Origin: Candidatus Omnitrophota bacterium
Lineage (GTDB): Bacteria; Omnitrophota; Omnitrophia; Omnitrophales; Aquincolibacteriaceae
Direction: 5' to 3'
NCBI GenBank assembly: GCA_035352955.1
Contig: DAOPYQ010000001.1
Location: 101,536-165,535 of the forward strand
DNA length: 64,000 nt
Positions within the stretch are counted from its first letter, which is position 1; the number at the start of each line of letters is the position of its first letter. The notes under the pieces were generated by a model that had not been told where the DNA came from, ran no database searches, and saw only the letters and a list, made by a program, of their open reading frames with translations. Of the stretch, positions 1-9,688 are shown one piece after another. The position numbers were made by a program, and so were the translations under genes.

Positions 1-291
1 GATGAAGTGATCGTTACTAAGGGAAAAGATAAAGGCAAAAAAGGCCGTGTGATGCGGGTGTTCCCCAAGGAAAGCATGCTCTTGATCGAGAAGATCAATT
101 ACCGGACGTGTTATTTGAGGAAGAGTAAAGATAATCCGAAAGGCGGCATCACGAAGATGGAAGGCAAGCTCCATATTGCCAACGTGAAGCTGGTATGCCC
201 GCGCAGCGGCAAGCCCTCCCGTGTCGGGTATTCGATCCTCGCGGACGGGACCAAGCACCGTATCGTTAAAGCGTCAGGTGAGGTTCTATAA
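1..291 (+). CDS. rplX: 50S ribosomal protein L24, 5'-truncated by the window edge
   Basis: Frame 1 reads from position 1 ([17 protein letters not shown]..., the KOW motif of L24). The stop codon TAA is at 289-291, and rplE follows immediately. Confidence 0.85.
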   Translation, partial: DEVIVTKGKDKGKKGRVMRVFPKESMLLIEKINYRTCYLRKSKDNPKGGITKMEGKLHIANVKLVCPRSGKPSRVGYSILADGTKHRIVKASGEVL

Positions 292-296
292 AAGCT

Positions 297-857
297 ATGA
301 ATCAAAAGGTTGCAGTGATGCCACGATTGCTCGAAAAATACCGTCAGGAAGCCCTTCCGGTTCTTATGGAAGAGTTTGGTTATAAAAATCCGATGCAGGC
401 TCCCAGGCTGGTCAAGGTCGTTATCAATATGGGCGTGAAAGAAGGTCAGGAGGATATCAAGATCCTGGATCAGATCGCGATCGAGCTTGGGCGCATTACC
501 GGGCAAAAACCGGTTGTGACGCGAGCCAAGAAATCCATTTCGGCTTTTAAGTTGAGAGAGGGGTCTCCCATTGGTCTTAAGGTGACGCTCCGGAAGATTC
601 GCATGTATGAATTCGTGGACCGGCTTTTTAATGTGGCGATGCCCCGTATTCGCGACTTCCGAGGGTTCTTGGATAAAAGTTTTGACCAGCGTGGGAACTT
701 TTCGATCGGCTTGACTGAACAGACGATTTTTCCGGAAGTCGAGTATGACAAGATTAAAAAGACGCAGGGGATGGATATTACCTTCGTGACTACAGCGGAG
801 AATCATAAAGAAGGAAAGAGACTTCTCGAGCTATTAGGATTTCCTTTTAGGAAATAA
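297..857 (+). CDS. rplE: 50S ribosomal protein L5
   Basis: The 186-aa ORF has typical L5 sequence ([12 protein letters not shown]..., [14 protein letters not shown]). Its position after L24 is conserved. Confidence 0.95.
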   Translation: MNQKVAVMPRLLEKYRQEALPVLMEEFGYKNPMQAPRLVKVVINMGVKEGQEDIKILDQIAIELGRITGQKPVVTRAKKSISAFKLREGSPIGLKVTLRKIRMYEFVDRLFNVAMPRIRDFRGFLDKSFDQRGNFSIGLTEQTIFPEVEYDKIKKTQGMDITFVTTAENHKEGKRLLELLGFPFRK

Positions 858-872
858 CCCAGGGACTGATTC

Positions 873-1058
873 ATGGCAAAGAAATGTTTAGTTGTCAAAC
901 AAAGGCTTGAACCGAAATTTAAAGTGCGGAAATACAACCGCTGCCAGCGTTGCGGGCGGCCCCGCGGCTACATCCGGAAATTTTCCATCTGTCGTATTTG
1001 TTTCCGTGAATTAGCGAATACGGGGATGCTTCCCGGCGTGGTCAAATCCAGCTGGTAG
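873..1058 (+). CDS. rpsN: 30S ribosomal protein S14, type Z (zinc-binding)
   Basis: The 61-aa product has the CQRCGR...CRICFRE C4 zinc ribbon typical of short S14 and sits in the conserved position between L5 and S8. Confidence 0.95.
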   Translation: MAKKCLVVKQRLEPKFKVRKYNRCQRCGRPRGYIRKFSICRICFRELANTGMLPGVVKSSW

Positions 1059-1086
1059 GCTCGCGGACCCAAGAAGGAGTCATAGC

Positions 1087-1488
1087 ATGGCGCGTAGTGA
1101 TTTTATAGCAGATTTTATAACGGCGATCCGGAATGCTTCGAAGGCCAAGAAGGACAAGCTGACCATACCGGCTTCGAAACTGACCGTCCGTTTAGCGGAG
1201 ATCCTGAAGGAAGAGGGTTTCATCGAGAACGTGAAGCCGTTCAGCGAAGGGCAGAAGAATTTTGTGAGGATTCATTTGAAGTATCTTCCCGGGGGGAAGA
1301 AGGCTGCGATCCAGGGATTGCGCCGAATTTCCAAGCCCGGGCTTCGTCGGTATGTTGGTTATCAGGAGATCCCGAAGGTCCTTGGGGGGCTTGGGATCAC
1401 GATCCTTTCGACGCCTCGCGGTGTTTTGGCGGACAAGCAAGCCCGGGAACTCAAAGCGGGCGGCGAAATTCTTTGCACGGTTTGGTAA
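1087..1488 (+). CDS. rpsH: 30S ribosomal protein S8
   Basis: The 133-aa product begins MARSDFIADFITAIRNA..., typical of S8. Operon order is conserved. Confidence 0.95.
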   Translation: MARSDFIADFITAIRNASKAKKDKLTIPASKLTVRLAEILKEEGFIENVKPFSEGQKNFVRIHLKYLPGGKKAAIQGLRRISKPGLRRYVGYQEIPKVLGGLGITILSTPRGVLADKQARELKAGGEILCTVW

Positions 1489-1506
1489 GCAACGGAGTCT
1501 ATTGAA

Positions 1507-2043
1507 ATGTCACGTATCGGAAGAAAACCAGTAACAATCCCGGAAAAAGTTAAAGTGTCTGTTCAGGGCCTTACGGTCCAAGTGCAGGGGCCCAAGGGCT
1601 CTTTGACGATGTCTGTCCATCCCCGTATCAAAGTGGCGGTGGAAGGCAGCGAGGTGAAAGTTTCGCGGCCGACGGACATCCGGACCGACCGCGCGCTTCA
1701 TGGCCTTACGAGGAGTTTGATCCAGAACATGATCCATGGGGTCACTACAGGATACGGCAAAGACCTTGAGATCGTTGGCGTCGGCGCCAAGGCTGCTGTG
1801 AAGGGCAATGTTCTTTCAATGTCGCTCGGTTTCACTCATCCGATCGACTATGCGTTTGGCAAGGATGTTGAGATTAAATGTCCCAAGCCGACCCAGATTT
1901 CGATCACGGGGTTAGATAAGCAGCGGGTCGGTCAGGTTGCGGCAGAGATTCGTGCCTTTGCCAAACCCGAGCCTTATAAGGGCAAGGGGATCCGCTACGT
2001 CGGCGAGTACGTGCGGCGCAAACAAGGCAAAGCCGTCAGTTAA
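1507..2043 (+). CDS. rplF: 50S ribosomal protein L6
   Basis: The 178-aa product begins MSRIGRKPVTIPEKVKV..., typical of L6. Confidence 0.95.
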   Translation: MSRIGRKPVTIPEKVKVSVQGLTVQVQGPKGSLTMSVHPRIKVAVEGSEVKVSRPTDIRTDRALHGLTRSLIQNMIHGVTTGYGKDLEIVGVGAKAAVKGNVLSMSLGFTHPIDYAFGKDVEIKCPKPTQISITGLDKQRVGQVAAEIRAFAKPEPYKGKGIRYVGEYVRRKQGKAVS

Positions 2044-2064
2044 TAATAGAGGAGTTTAGAATTT

Positions 2065-2427
2065 ATGGTTCATGCGACAGAGTGGGGAAGAATTCAGAGG
2101 CATCGCCGGATCCGGAAGAAGATTTTCGGGACCGCCGAAAGGCCCCGCGTGGCAGTTCACCGTTCCCTGAACAATATTTTTGTCCAGGCGATCGATGATG
2201 GCGCCCAGAAGACGCTCGCGTCTTTTTCATCGCGCGACAAGGATTTTTTGAAAGTGGCCCCTAAAAAAGGGAAGACCACGATCGCCCAAGAGCTGGGCAA
2301 GCTTTTTGCCGAAGAGCTCAAGAAAAAAGGCATTGTGAAGATCGCCTTTGATCGCGGCGGCTATCTTTATCACGGACGCGTGAAGGCTTTGGCCGAAGCG
2401 ATCCGTCAGAACGGTATTCAATTTTGA
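2065..2427 (+). CDS. rplR: 50S ribosomal protein L18
   Basis: The 120-aa product ends ...[23 protein letters not shown], a C-terminus typical of L18. Confidence 0.95.
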   Translation: MVHATEWGRIQRHRRIRKKIFGTAERPRVAVHRSLNNIFVQAIDDGAQKTLASFSSRDKDFLKVAPKKGKTTIAQELGKLFAEELKKKGIVKIAFDRGGYLYHGRVKALAEAIRQNGIQF

Positions 2428-3029
2428 AGAATCCAGCGAAAGGAAATCCAAGTAGCATGCAAAAGCCAGACGCATCGGTAAAAGACGAACCTAAAGATGT
2501 TGTAGCAGCTCCCGCGCCTAAGACGTGGGGGGCTTCTTCCCGGAGGCCTGTGGCGGATGACGCTACGGCGTTCGAGAAAGTCATCCAGGTCAACCGTTGC
2601 GCCAAGGTCGTGAAGGGCGGTAAGCGTTTTAGTTTTAGCGCTCTTGTGGTGATCGGGACCGGAAACGGGGAACTCGGATACGCTCAGGGAAAGGCGAACG
2701 AGGTTGCAGATGCGATTCGTAAGGCGCTCGTTGCGGCCCGCAAGAGCCGTATCAAGATCACTTTAAAAGGGACCACGATCCCCCATGAGATCATCGGACG
2801 CTATGGAGCGGCCAAGGTCCTTCTAAAGCCTGCTTCGCCGGGTACCGGCGTCATTGCCGGCGGCGCGGTCCGTGCGGCTTGCGAAGCTTGTGGGATTAAG
2901 GATATTTTGACAAAAAGTCTCGGCAGCGATAATTCGGTGAACGTGCTTAAGGCCGCCATCGACGGGTTGACTTCTCTGGTCGACCGGAGAATGCGCTACG
3001 ACACGGAAGGTGAGAAGAAAGCGTCATGA
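2424..3029 (+). CDS. rpsE: 30S ribosomal protein S5 with an N-terminal extension of about 35 aa
   Basis: The 201-aa product has a conserved S5 core ([36 protein letters not shown]). Its start overlaps the rplR stop (ATGA), and there is no internal Met that would allow a shorter start. Confidence 0.9.
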   Translation: MKNPAKGNPSSMQKPDASVKDEPKDVVAAPAPKTWGASSRRPVADDATAFEKVIQVNRCAKVVKGGKRFSFSALVVIGTGNGELGYAQGKANEVADAIRKALVAARKSRIKITLKGTTIPHEIIGRYGAAKVLLKPASPGTGVIAGGAVRAACEACGIKDILTKSLGSDNSVNVLKAAIDGLTSLVDRRMRYDTEGEKKAS

Positions 3030-3463
3030 GAGCCAAATTTCCGTACAAGAAAAAGAGAAAACGTATCGGTTGCGGTATCGGTTCCGGGCATGGGAAGACC
3101 TCGACCAAGGGGCATAAAGGGCAACGCGCCCGTTCCGGCAAACAGGTCCGGCAGGGGTTTGAGGGAGGACAGAATCCTCTTTACCGCCGTCTCCCGAAGC
3201 GTGGTTTCAACCATGATGCTTTCAGAAAGTTTTACTGCATTATCAATCTTCAGCAGCTCGCGCTGCTTAGTGAGAAGGAAATCACACCGGAATTATTGGT
3301 GAAGAAAGGCGTCGTTAAAGAGCTTCTTTCGGGACTTAAAGTCCTCGGTAATGGTGAAGTGAAAAAGGCTCTGACCGTAAAGGCCCATCTTTTCAGCGCT
3401 TCGGCGAAGACAAAGATCGAGGCGGCCGGCGGCCAGGCAGTCGTGATCCCCTTCAAGGGGTAA
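3026..3463 (+). CDS. rplO: 50S ribosomal protein L15
   Basis: The 145-aa product carries [20 protein letters not shown], the glycine-rich L15 signature. It directly follows S5, with no L30 gene in between. Confidence 0.9.
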   Translation: MRAKFPYKKKRKRIGCGIGSGHGKTSTKGHKGQRARSGKQVRQGFEGGQNPLYRRLPKRGFNHDAFRKFYCIINLQQLALLSEKEITPELLVKKGVVKELLSGLKVLGNGEVKKALTVKAHLFSASAKTKIEAAGGQAVVIPFKG

Positions 3464-3472
3464 AGGGTTTCG

Positions 3473-4822
3473 ATGCTGCAGGCGTTCGCTAATATTTTAA
3501 AGATTCCGGATCTTCGTAAAAAGATCCTCTTCACGTTCGCGATCATCGCGGTCTACCGGATCGGGACTTATGTGCCGACCCCCGGGATCGACGGTGTCGC
3601 GCTCGCCCGGTTTTTTCAACAGCATATGGCCGGCGGGACGCTCCTCGGATTTATGGGGATGTTCACCGGCGGCGCGCTTCAGAAAGCGACGATCTTCGCG
3701 CTCGGGATCATGCCTTATATTTCGGCGTCGATCATCCTGCAGCTTTTGACGGTAGTGATTCCCGCTCTCGAAAAAATGGCCAAAGAGGGCGAAGAGGGCC
3801 GGAAAAAGATCATTCAGTACACGCGCTATGGCACGATCATCCTGAGCGCACTTCAGACGTTTTTTATCGCTCTTTGGCTTGAAAATCCTGCGGCTTTTCA
3901 GGGCGCGGTGATCGTTCCGAATCCCGGGTGGGGGTTCCGGTTGATGTGTATGCTTACCATGACCACCGGGACGGCGTTTATTATGTGGCTCGGCGAGCAG
4001 ATCGACAATTACGGCATCGGGAACGGTATGTCGATTATCATTACTGCCGGGATCATTGATTCATTGCCGGAAGCGCTGCGGCAGACCTGGGTTCTGCTTT
4101 CACCGCTTGATCCTGCGCGGCAGCAGCTTCCGTGGTGGAAATTTGCGATCATGATCGGATTGTTCGTCGGGGCGATCGTTTTTTTGATCCTGATTATTCA
4201 GGGGCAAAGAAAGATCCCCGTCCAATATGCCAAACAGATCCGGGGGCATAGAATGTACGGCGGGCAGAGCACGTATCTACCGTTAAAGGTGAACCAGGCG
4301 GGCGTGATTCCGATTATCTTTGCGCAGTCGGTGATTTTGTTTCCGGCAACGATAGCGGGGTTTTTCCCGAACGCCGGGGCGTTAACGCGCGTGGCGCAGA
4401 TGATCAGTTACGGGACCGGCGCTTATATGTTGATCGATGCTCTTTTGATCGTGTTCTTTACGTTCTTTTATACAGCGATTACGTTTAATCCGATCGAGGT
4501 GAGCGAGAACCTTCAGAAGTACGGGGGCTTCATCCCGGGGATCCGTCCGGGGCGCAATACGGCCGAGTATCTGGATTATTTGATGACAAGGATCGCGTCT
4601 TCTGGCGCGATCATCCTGGCGTTGATCGCACTTTTCCCGAAGATTGTTTCGGCACCTTGGTTCTTGAACATCCCGTTTTTGATCGCCAGCTTTTTCGGTG
4701 GTACGGGACTTCTCATCATTGTCGGCGTGGTGCTGGACGTGATGAAGTCCGTAGAATCGCAGCTCGTGATGCGTCACTACGACGGTTTTATAAAAAAAGG
4801 CCGTCTTAAGGGGCGCCGCTAA
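3473..4822 (+). CDS. secY: Preprotein translocase subunit SecY
   Basis: The 449-aa product is multi-pass membrane protein with typical SecY motifs (IFALGIMPYISASII, GEQIDNYGIGNGMS). Its position after L15 is conserved. Confidence 0.95.
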   Translation: MLQAFANILKIPDLRKKILFTFAIIAVYRIGTYVPTPGIDGVALARFFQQHMAGGTLLGFMGMFTGGALQKATIFALGIMPYISASIILQLLTVVIPALEKMAKEGEEGRKKIIQYTRYGTIILSALQTFFIALWLENPAAFQGAVIVPNPGWGFRLMCMLTMTTGTAFIMWLGEQIDNYGIGNGMSIIITAGIIDSLPEALRQTWVLLSPLDPARQQLPWWKFAIMIGLFVGAIVFLILIIQGQRKIPVQYAKQIRGHRMYGGQSTYLPLKVNQAGVIPIIFAQSVILFPATIAGFFPNAGALTRVAQMISYGTGAYMLIDALLIVFFTFFYTAITFNPIEVSENLQKYGGFIPGIRPGRNTAEYLDYLMTRIASSGAIILALIALFPKIVSAPWFLNIPFLIASFFGGTGLLIIVGVVLDVMKSVESQLVMRHYDGFIKKGRLKGRR

Positions 4823-4823
4823 T

Positions 4824-5483
4824 ATGAATCTTATTTTTCTCGGGCCTCCGGGGGCGGGGAAGGGAACGCACGCGCAGATGCTTTGTAAGGGGCTTCAGCT
4901 GGCTCATCTCGCGGCCGGTGATATTCTCCGGAAAAACGTCAAGGAAGGCACACCGCTCGGAGTTGAGGCCAAAGGGGTGATGGAGCGCGGAGAGCTCGTC
5001 TCGGACGATCTTGTGAACAAGATGATGTTCGATGCGATCGGTTCGTTGAAAGGATTCAAAGGGTTTGTGCTCGACGGTTATCCCCGGACGATCGGACAAG
5101 CGGAAGCCCTTGAAAAGTTTTTGATTGAGCGGGCGCAGCCGTTGACGGCGGTCATCAATTTCGACGCGTCGGAGCAAGTGGTCGTGGATCGGCTTTCGGG
5201 CCGCCGAGGCTGCCCGAAATGCGGGAAGATCTATCATGTGCGGAACATGCCTCCCAAAAGCGAAGGCGTGTGCGATGTGGACGGGGAAAAACTCACGACC
5301 CGTAAAGATGACGAGCCGGAAACGATCCGCCGGAGACTCAAGGTGTATCATGAGTCCACAAAGCCTTTGATCGATTTTTACAGGAAACGGCGGTTGCTTC
5401 GGGATGTTCCGGCGGATGGCGATGCACCTTCCGTGCAGAAGACTTTAGAGAAACTTTTTGAAAAGATCCGTAAAACTGCATGA
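4824..5483 (+). CDS. adk: Adenylate kinase (zinc-lid type)
   Basis: The 219-aa product has the P-loop GPPGAGKGT and a CPKCG...CDVDG zinc-binding LID. Confidence 0.95.
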   Translation: MNLIFLGPPGAGKGTHAQMLCKGLQLAHLAAGDILRKNVKEGTPLGVEAKGVMERGELVSDDLVNKMMFDAIGSLKGFKGFVLDGYPRTIGQAEALEKFLIERAQPLTAVINFDASEQVVVDRLSGRRGCPKCGKIYHVRNMPPKSEGVCDVDGEKLTTRKDDEPETIRRRLKVYHESTKPLIDFYRKRRLLRDVPADGDAPSVQKTLEKLFEKIRKTA

Positions 5484-6235
5484 TTGAGCTGAAATCGAAC
5501 CGGGAAATTCAGTTAATTCGGGAAGCCGGGGAGATTGCGCAGAAAGTTTTTAAAGCAGTTCAGCCGCGCGTGGTTGAAGGCGTGACCACTGACGAGCTGG
5601 ATGGTGTCGCGGAGAAAATTATCCGCGAGAACGGCGGACAGCCGGCGTTTAAGGGATATCGAGGTTTTCCGAAGACCGCCTGTATTTCGGTTAATGAGGA
5701 AGTTGTGCATGGGATCCCGGACGCAAGACGCCTCCAAGAAGGCGATATTGTTAGTTTTGATATTGGTGTGAAATTTAAAGGTTTTTTTGCGGATGCGGCA
5801 CGGACCTGGCATGTAGGCCGGGTCGGTCAGAAGGACAAAGATCTTATCCGGATCGCGAAAGAGGCTTTTGATCGCGGTCTGGATGGTTACAAACCGGGCT
5901 GGCGGATCGGGGACCTTTCCGAAACCATCCAGAAGTACATCGAGTCCCAAGGCTACCAGGTGGTTCGCGATTATGCAGGTCACGGGATTGGACGTGAGCT
6001 TCATGAAGACCCGCAGGTGCCGAATTACGGGAAGCCCGGGCGGGGCGCCAAGCTAGAACCGGGGCTTGTCCTCGCGATTGAGCCGATGGTGACCGCGGGA
6101 CATTATGCGGTTGAAACCCTCGCAAATGGCTGGACGGTGGTGACCAAGGACGGAAAAAACGCAAGCCATTACGAGGACACGGTCGCTTTTACAGAAAATG
6201 GAATTATCAATCTTACAGGGGATGAGGCTTCTTAA
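5480..6235 (+). CDS. map: Methionine aminopeptidase type I
   Basis: The 251-aa product contains conserved metal-ligand regions (FDIGV, GHGIGRELHEDP, EPMV). Its start overlaps the adk stop (ATGA). Confidence 0.95.
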   Translation: MIELKSNREIQLIREAGEIAQKVFKAVQPRVVEGVTTDELDGVAEKIIRENGGQPAFKGYRGFPKTACISVNEEVVHGIPDARRLQEGDIVSFDIGVKFKGFFADAARTWHVGRVGQKDKDLIRIAKEAFDRGLDGYKPGWRIGDLSETIQKYIESQGYQVVRDYAGHGIGRELHEDPQVPNYGKPGRGAKLEPGLVLAIEPMVTAGHYAVETLANGWTVVTKDGKNASHYEDTVAFTENGIINLTGDEAS

Positions 6236-6238
6236 ACC

Positions 6239-6457
6239 ATGCCGAAGGAAGATGCCATCGAGGTTGAGGGAAAGGTGGTTGAGCCGCTGCCGAACGCGAT
6301 GTTCCGCGTGCAGCTCGAGAACGGGCATTTGGTGTTGGCGCATATCTCTGGCAAAATGAGAATGAATTACATCCGCATCCTTCCGGGTGACAAGGTGAAG
6401 GTGGAGCTCTCGCCCTACGATCTGAACCGGGGCAGAATTACTTTTAGGGTTAAATGA
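6239..6457 (+). CDS. infA: Translation initiation factor IF-1
   Basis: The 72-aa S1-like product reads [20 protein letters not shown]...[16 protein letters not shown]. Confidence 0.95.
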   Translation: MPKEDAIEVEGKVVEPLPNAMFRVQLENGHLVLAHISGKMRMNYIRILPGDKVKVELSPYDLNRGRITFRVK

Positions 6458-6473
6458 TCTTCGAGGTGACAAA

Positions 6474-6587
6474 ATGAAAGTCAGAAGTTCGGTTAGAAGG
6501 ATTTGTGAAAATTGCAAGATCGTACGCCGCAAGGGCTATGTCTATGTGATCTGCTCGAATCCGAAGCATAAGCAGAGACAAGGTTAA
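6474..6587 (+). CDS. rpmJ: 50S ribosomal protein L36
   Basis: A 37-aa ORF that the ORF track does not list, because it falls below the length cutoff. It translates to [37 protein letters not shown] (C-x2-C...C...H zinc ribbon) and lies between infA and rpsM, as in most bacteria. Confidence 0.85.
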   Translation: MKVRSSVRRICENCKIVRRKGYVYVICSNPKHKQRQG

Positions 6588-6616
6588 TTTTTCTTTTTTA
6601 AAGAAAGGATCTTAGT

Positions 6617-7003
6617 ATGCCGCGTTTTTTTGGGGTGGATATCCCGCGAGATAAAAGAGTGGATGTGGCGTTGACCTACCTGTACGGGATCGGGAAGACG
6701 CTTTCCAAGAAGGTTTTGCTGGAAGCCAAGGTGGACCTGGCGAAACGGGCCAAGGACCTGACCGAGGCGGAGATTTCCTCGATCACGAATATTATCCAGC
6801 ACCTGGTGAAGGTGGAAGGGGATCTGCGTCGTGAGATCCAGCAGAACATCAAGCGGTTGATGGATATTCGCAGCTACCGCGGGCAGAGACATTTGAAGGG
6901 CCTTCCGGTCCGGGGACAGCGCACCCACACGAATGCGCGTACCCGTAAAGGCAAACGTAAAACGGTGGGCGGGCTCAACAGGCAGGCGCCCGCACCCAAA
7001 TAA
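6617..7003 (+). CDS. rpsM: 30S ribosomal protein S13
   Basis: The 128-aa product begins [15 protein letters not shown]... and has a basic C-terminus, typical of S13. Confidence 0.95.
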   Translation: MPRFFGVDIPRDKRVDVALTYLYGIGKTLSKKVLLEAKVDLAKRAKDLTEAEISSITNIIQHLVKVEGDLRREIQQNIKRLMDIRSYRGQRHLKGLPVRGQRTHTNARTRKGKRKTVGGLNRQAPAPK

Positions 7004-7030
7004 TCCTAAGTGAGATAAAGAGGAAATAAA

Positions 7031-7399
7031 ATGGCAAAGAAGAAGGTTAAACATATCACGCGCGGTGTCGCTCATATCGCGGCGAGCTTTAACAACACGA
7101 TCATTACGATCACCGATGCCGGCGGGAACGCGATTTGCTGGGAATCTTCCGGGTCTGCCGGGTTCAAGGGCTCCAAGAAATCTACGCCTTTCGCGGCACA
7201 GATCGCGTCCGAAAAGGCCGCGAAGAAGGCCATGGAGCACGGCATGAAAGAAGTGGAAGTCTATATTAAAGGACCGGGCGCCGGGCGTGAATCGGCGATC
7301 CGGGCATTGCAGGCCGCGGGGCTTACGATCAGCGCGATCCATGACATTACCCCGATTCCGCACAATGGTTGCCGCGCGCCGAAGAAGAGGAGAGTTTAA
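7031..7399 (+). CDS. rpsK: 30S ribosomal protein S11
   Basis: The 122-aa product contains [18 protein letters not shown], a conserved S11 core. Confidence 0.95.
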   Translation: MAKKKVKHITRGVAHIAASFNNTIITITDAGGNAICWESSGSAGFKGSKKSTPFAAQIASEKAAKKAMEHGMKEVEVYIKGPGAGRESAIRALQAAGLTISAIHDITPIPHNGCRAPKKRRV

Positions 7400-7402
7400 T
7401 TT

Positions 7403-8026
7403 ATGGGAAGATATCGCGGTCCAGTCATCCGGTTGCACCGCCGTGAGGGCGTCAATTTAGGGCTCAAAGGCCGCCGCACGACGGATGAAAAACACGACAA
7501 GCGTTTGAGCAAGCCGCCCGGCCAGCATGGTCTCGCGCGCGTGAAGCTTTCCGACTACGGTGTGCAGCTTCGCGAAAAACAGAAAATGAAAAGGATCTAC
7601 GGCGTCACCGAGAAGCAGTTCCGCGTGTTCTTTCAGCGCGCTGTCCGGACGAAAGGCGTGACCGGCGAAATGCTCATTCAGTTGCTTGAGCGTCGCTTGG
7701 ACAACGTCGTGTACCGGCTTCTTTTTACCGCCTCCCGCCGGGAAGCGCGTCAGATGGTCGGACACGGGCATATCACCGTGGACGGAAAGAAAGTTAACAT
7801 TCCGTCGTACATCCTCAAGATCGGCCAGAAGATCGGCGTGAAGCAGAAGGAAGCGACGATCAAAAGAGGGCAGGCCAGCATGGAGAAGTGGAAGGACCTG
7901 ACCGTGCCGGAATGGTTGAAGCTGGACCGCGAGAAATTGACCGGGGAGGTTCTTCGGTTCCCCACGAAAGCGGAAGCCGGGTTGCCGGTCGAAGAGTCGC
8001 TCATCGTCGAATTGTACTCGAAATAA
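7403..8026 (+). CDS. rpsD: 30S ribosomal protein S4
   Basis: The 207-aa product begins MGRYRGPVIRLHRREG... and carries an S4 RNA-binding domain. Confidence 0.95.
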   Translation: MGRYRGPVIRLHRREGVNLGLKGRRTTDEKHDKRLSKPPGQHGLARVKLSDYGVQLREKQKMKRIYGVTEKQFRVFFQRAVRTKGVTGEMLIQLLERRLDNVVYRLLFTASRREARQMVGHGHITVDGKKVNIPSYILKIGQKIGVKQKEATIKRGQASMEKWKDLTVPEWLKLDREKLTGEVLRFPTKAEAGLPVEESLIVELYSK

Positions 8027-8086
8027 TTCATCCTGACCGGGTGCCCGTTTTTGCGGGACGGCAGGATTCATCGGAGGATAAAGAAA

Positions 8087-9097
8087 ATGGGAATTCGTTG
8101 GAAAACATTTGAAATGCCGAAACGTCTGGAGGCGGAACAGAGCAGTTTGACGCCGACCTTCGGGAAGTTCGTTGCCGAACCGTTCGAACGCGGCTACGGA
8201 ACCACGATCGGGAACGCGCTTCGCCGCGTGCTGATCTCTTCGATCGAAGGGGCGGCTGTTACCAATATCAAGATCGACGGGATGCTGCATGAGTTCTCTA
8301 CGCTGGACGGAGTCCTTGAGGACGGCGCCCAGATCGTTATGAACGTCAAGAAGCTGGTTCTTCGCTATCATGGCAAAGGTCCCAAGAAGATCTATATTGA
8401 TGTGAAGAAGCAGGGTCCGGTGAAGGGTTCTGACATCCAGGCCGATGAGACCGTTGAGATCGTCAATCCCGATCTCGTGCTCTGCACCCTGACCAAAGCC
8501 GTTTCTTTCAAGATGGAAATGGAAGTGGGTCGTGGCCGCGGGTATGTGCCTGCCGAACGCAACAAGCAGGAAGATTCCCCGATCGGCGTCGTGACGGTGG
8601 ATTCGATCTACTCACCCGTGATGAAGGTGAACTTCTACGTCGAAGACACCCGCGTCGGCCAGATCACGGATTATGATCGTCTGATCCTTGAGATCTGGAC
8701 CAACGGATCCATGGGGCCGGAAGAGGCGCTTTTGTACGCGTCCAACATCCTTCAGCGCCATCTCGATATCTTCGTTAATTACGGAGAGCTTCCGGAAGAA
8801 GAAGAAGAAGAGGAAGAGCAGGATAAGGAATTCCTCGATATGGTGAACAAACCCATCAGTGAACTCGAACTCTCCGTCCGCAGCGCGAACTGCCTTGAGG
8901 CCGCCAGCATCAAAACGATCGGCGATCTCGTGCAAAAGACGGAAGCGCAGATGCTCAAATACAAGAATTTCGGGAAGAAATCCCTCAACGAGATCAATGC
9001 CATCCTGACCTCCATGGGGCTTCACCTCGGAATGAATCTTGAGGAGCGTATGCCAAACAAGCCGGCAGCTGTTGTGACTCCTGCTGCGGAGGCATAA
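8087..9097 (+). CDS. rpoA: DNA-directed RNA polymerase subunit alpha
   Basis: The N-terminal domain (NTD) reads ...[20 protein letters not shown].. and aligns with alpha subunits. I take the start at the second in-frame Met (MGIRW...), which is preceded by GGAGG; the track ORF starts 36 nt earlier, at 8051. The linker between the NTD and the C-terminal domain (CTD) contains a poly-Glu run, [10 protein letters not shown]. Confidence 0.9.
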   Translation: MGIRWKTFEMPKRLEAEQSSLTPTFGKFVAEPFERGYGTTIGNALRRVLISSIEGAAVTNIKIDGMLHEFSTLDGVLEDGAQIVMNVKKLVLRYHGKGPKKIYIDVKKQGPVKGSDIQADETVEIVNPDLVLCTLTKAVSFKMEMEVGRGRGYVPAERNKQEDSPIGVVTVDSIYSPVMKVNFYVEDTRVGQITDYDRLILEIWTNGSMGPEEALLYASNILQRHLDIFVNYGELPEEEEEEEEQDKEFLDMVNKPISELELSVRSANCLEAASIKTIGDLVQKTEAQMLKYKNFGKKSLNEINAILTSMGLHLGMNLEERMPNKPAAVVTPAAEA

Positions 9098-9106
9098 GAG
9101 GATCCC

Positions 9107-9673
9107 ATGCGCCATCGTCGACTTCGGAGAAAATTAGGCGTTAGAAGCGAACACCGGGAAGCCCTGTTGCGGAATCTTGTGCGGGCTCTCGTTTTCAAGA
9201 AGAGGATCGTGACCACGTACGCCCAGGCCAAAGAGGCCGGCGCGTTCGCGGACAAAATGGTCACGCTCGCGAAACAGGAAGGGCTTCACGCCCGGCGGTT
9301 GCTTGTTTCGAAAACGCATTCGGATGAGATCGCGAAAATGCTGATCCGTCAGATCGTTCCCCAGTTCAAGGACCGTAAGGGCGGTTACACCCGCGTCCTG
9401 CGCCTCGGGTTCCGTCCCGGTGACGGCGCGCAAAAGGCCCTTCTTGAGTGGACGGCTGTTTTTGAGGCTCCCGCAAAAAAGACCAAGAAAAAGAAGGAAG
9501 AGAAAAAATCTTCTGAAAAGCCGGAAGTGAAAGCCAGCGCCAAGGAAGTTGCCAAAGCGCCTGAGTCTAAGAAGGAGACCGCTAAGGTCGAGCCCGTCGA
9601 AAAGAAAGACTCGGAAAAGAAGGGTGGCTTTCTCAAAAGCCTTCGGAAATTTCTCAAGGGCAGCGAAGACTAA
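9107..9673 (+). CDS. rplQ: 50S ribosomal protein L17 with a Lys/Glu/Ala-rich C-terminal tail of about 70 aa
   Basis: The 188-aa product has an L17 core (MRHRRLRRKLGVRSEHREALLRNL...). The tail reads KKTKKKKEEKKSSEKPEVKASAKEVAKAPESKKETAKVEPVEKKDSEKK... Confidence 0.9.
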   Translation: MRHRRLRRKLGVRSEHREALLRNLVRALVFKKRIVTTYAQAKEAGAFADKMVTLAKQEGLHARRLLVSKTHSDEIAKMLIRQIVPQFKDRKGGYTRVLRLGFRPGDGAQKALLEWTAVFEAPAKKTKKKKEEKKSSEKPEVKASAKEVAKAPESKKETAKVEPVEKKDSEKKGGFLKSLRKFLKGSED

Positions 9674-9688
9674 GGAGATTTTCCCCCC

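Noticed and set aside
3026-3030. Looked for rpmD (L30) between rpsE and rplO, and for rpmC/rpsQ-type small genes
   Set aside because: The S5 stop and the L15 start overlap (ATGA), so there is no space for L30. Its absence is interpreted as genuine and lineage-typical rather than a missed ORF.
8027-8086. Possible attenuator or terminator hairpin (CCCGTTTTTGCGGG) between rpsD and rpoA
   Set aside because: The stem is only 4 bp, which is too weak to call. It is probably just intergenic sequence before the rpoA ribosome-binding site GGAGG.
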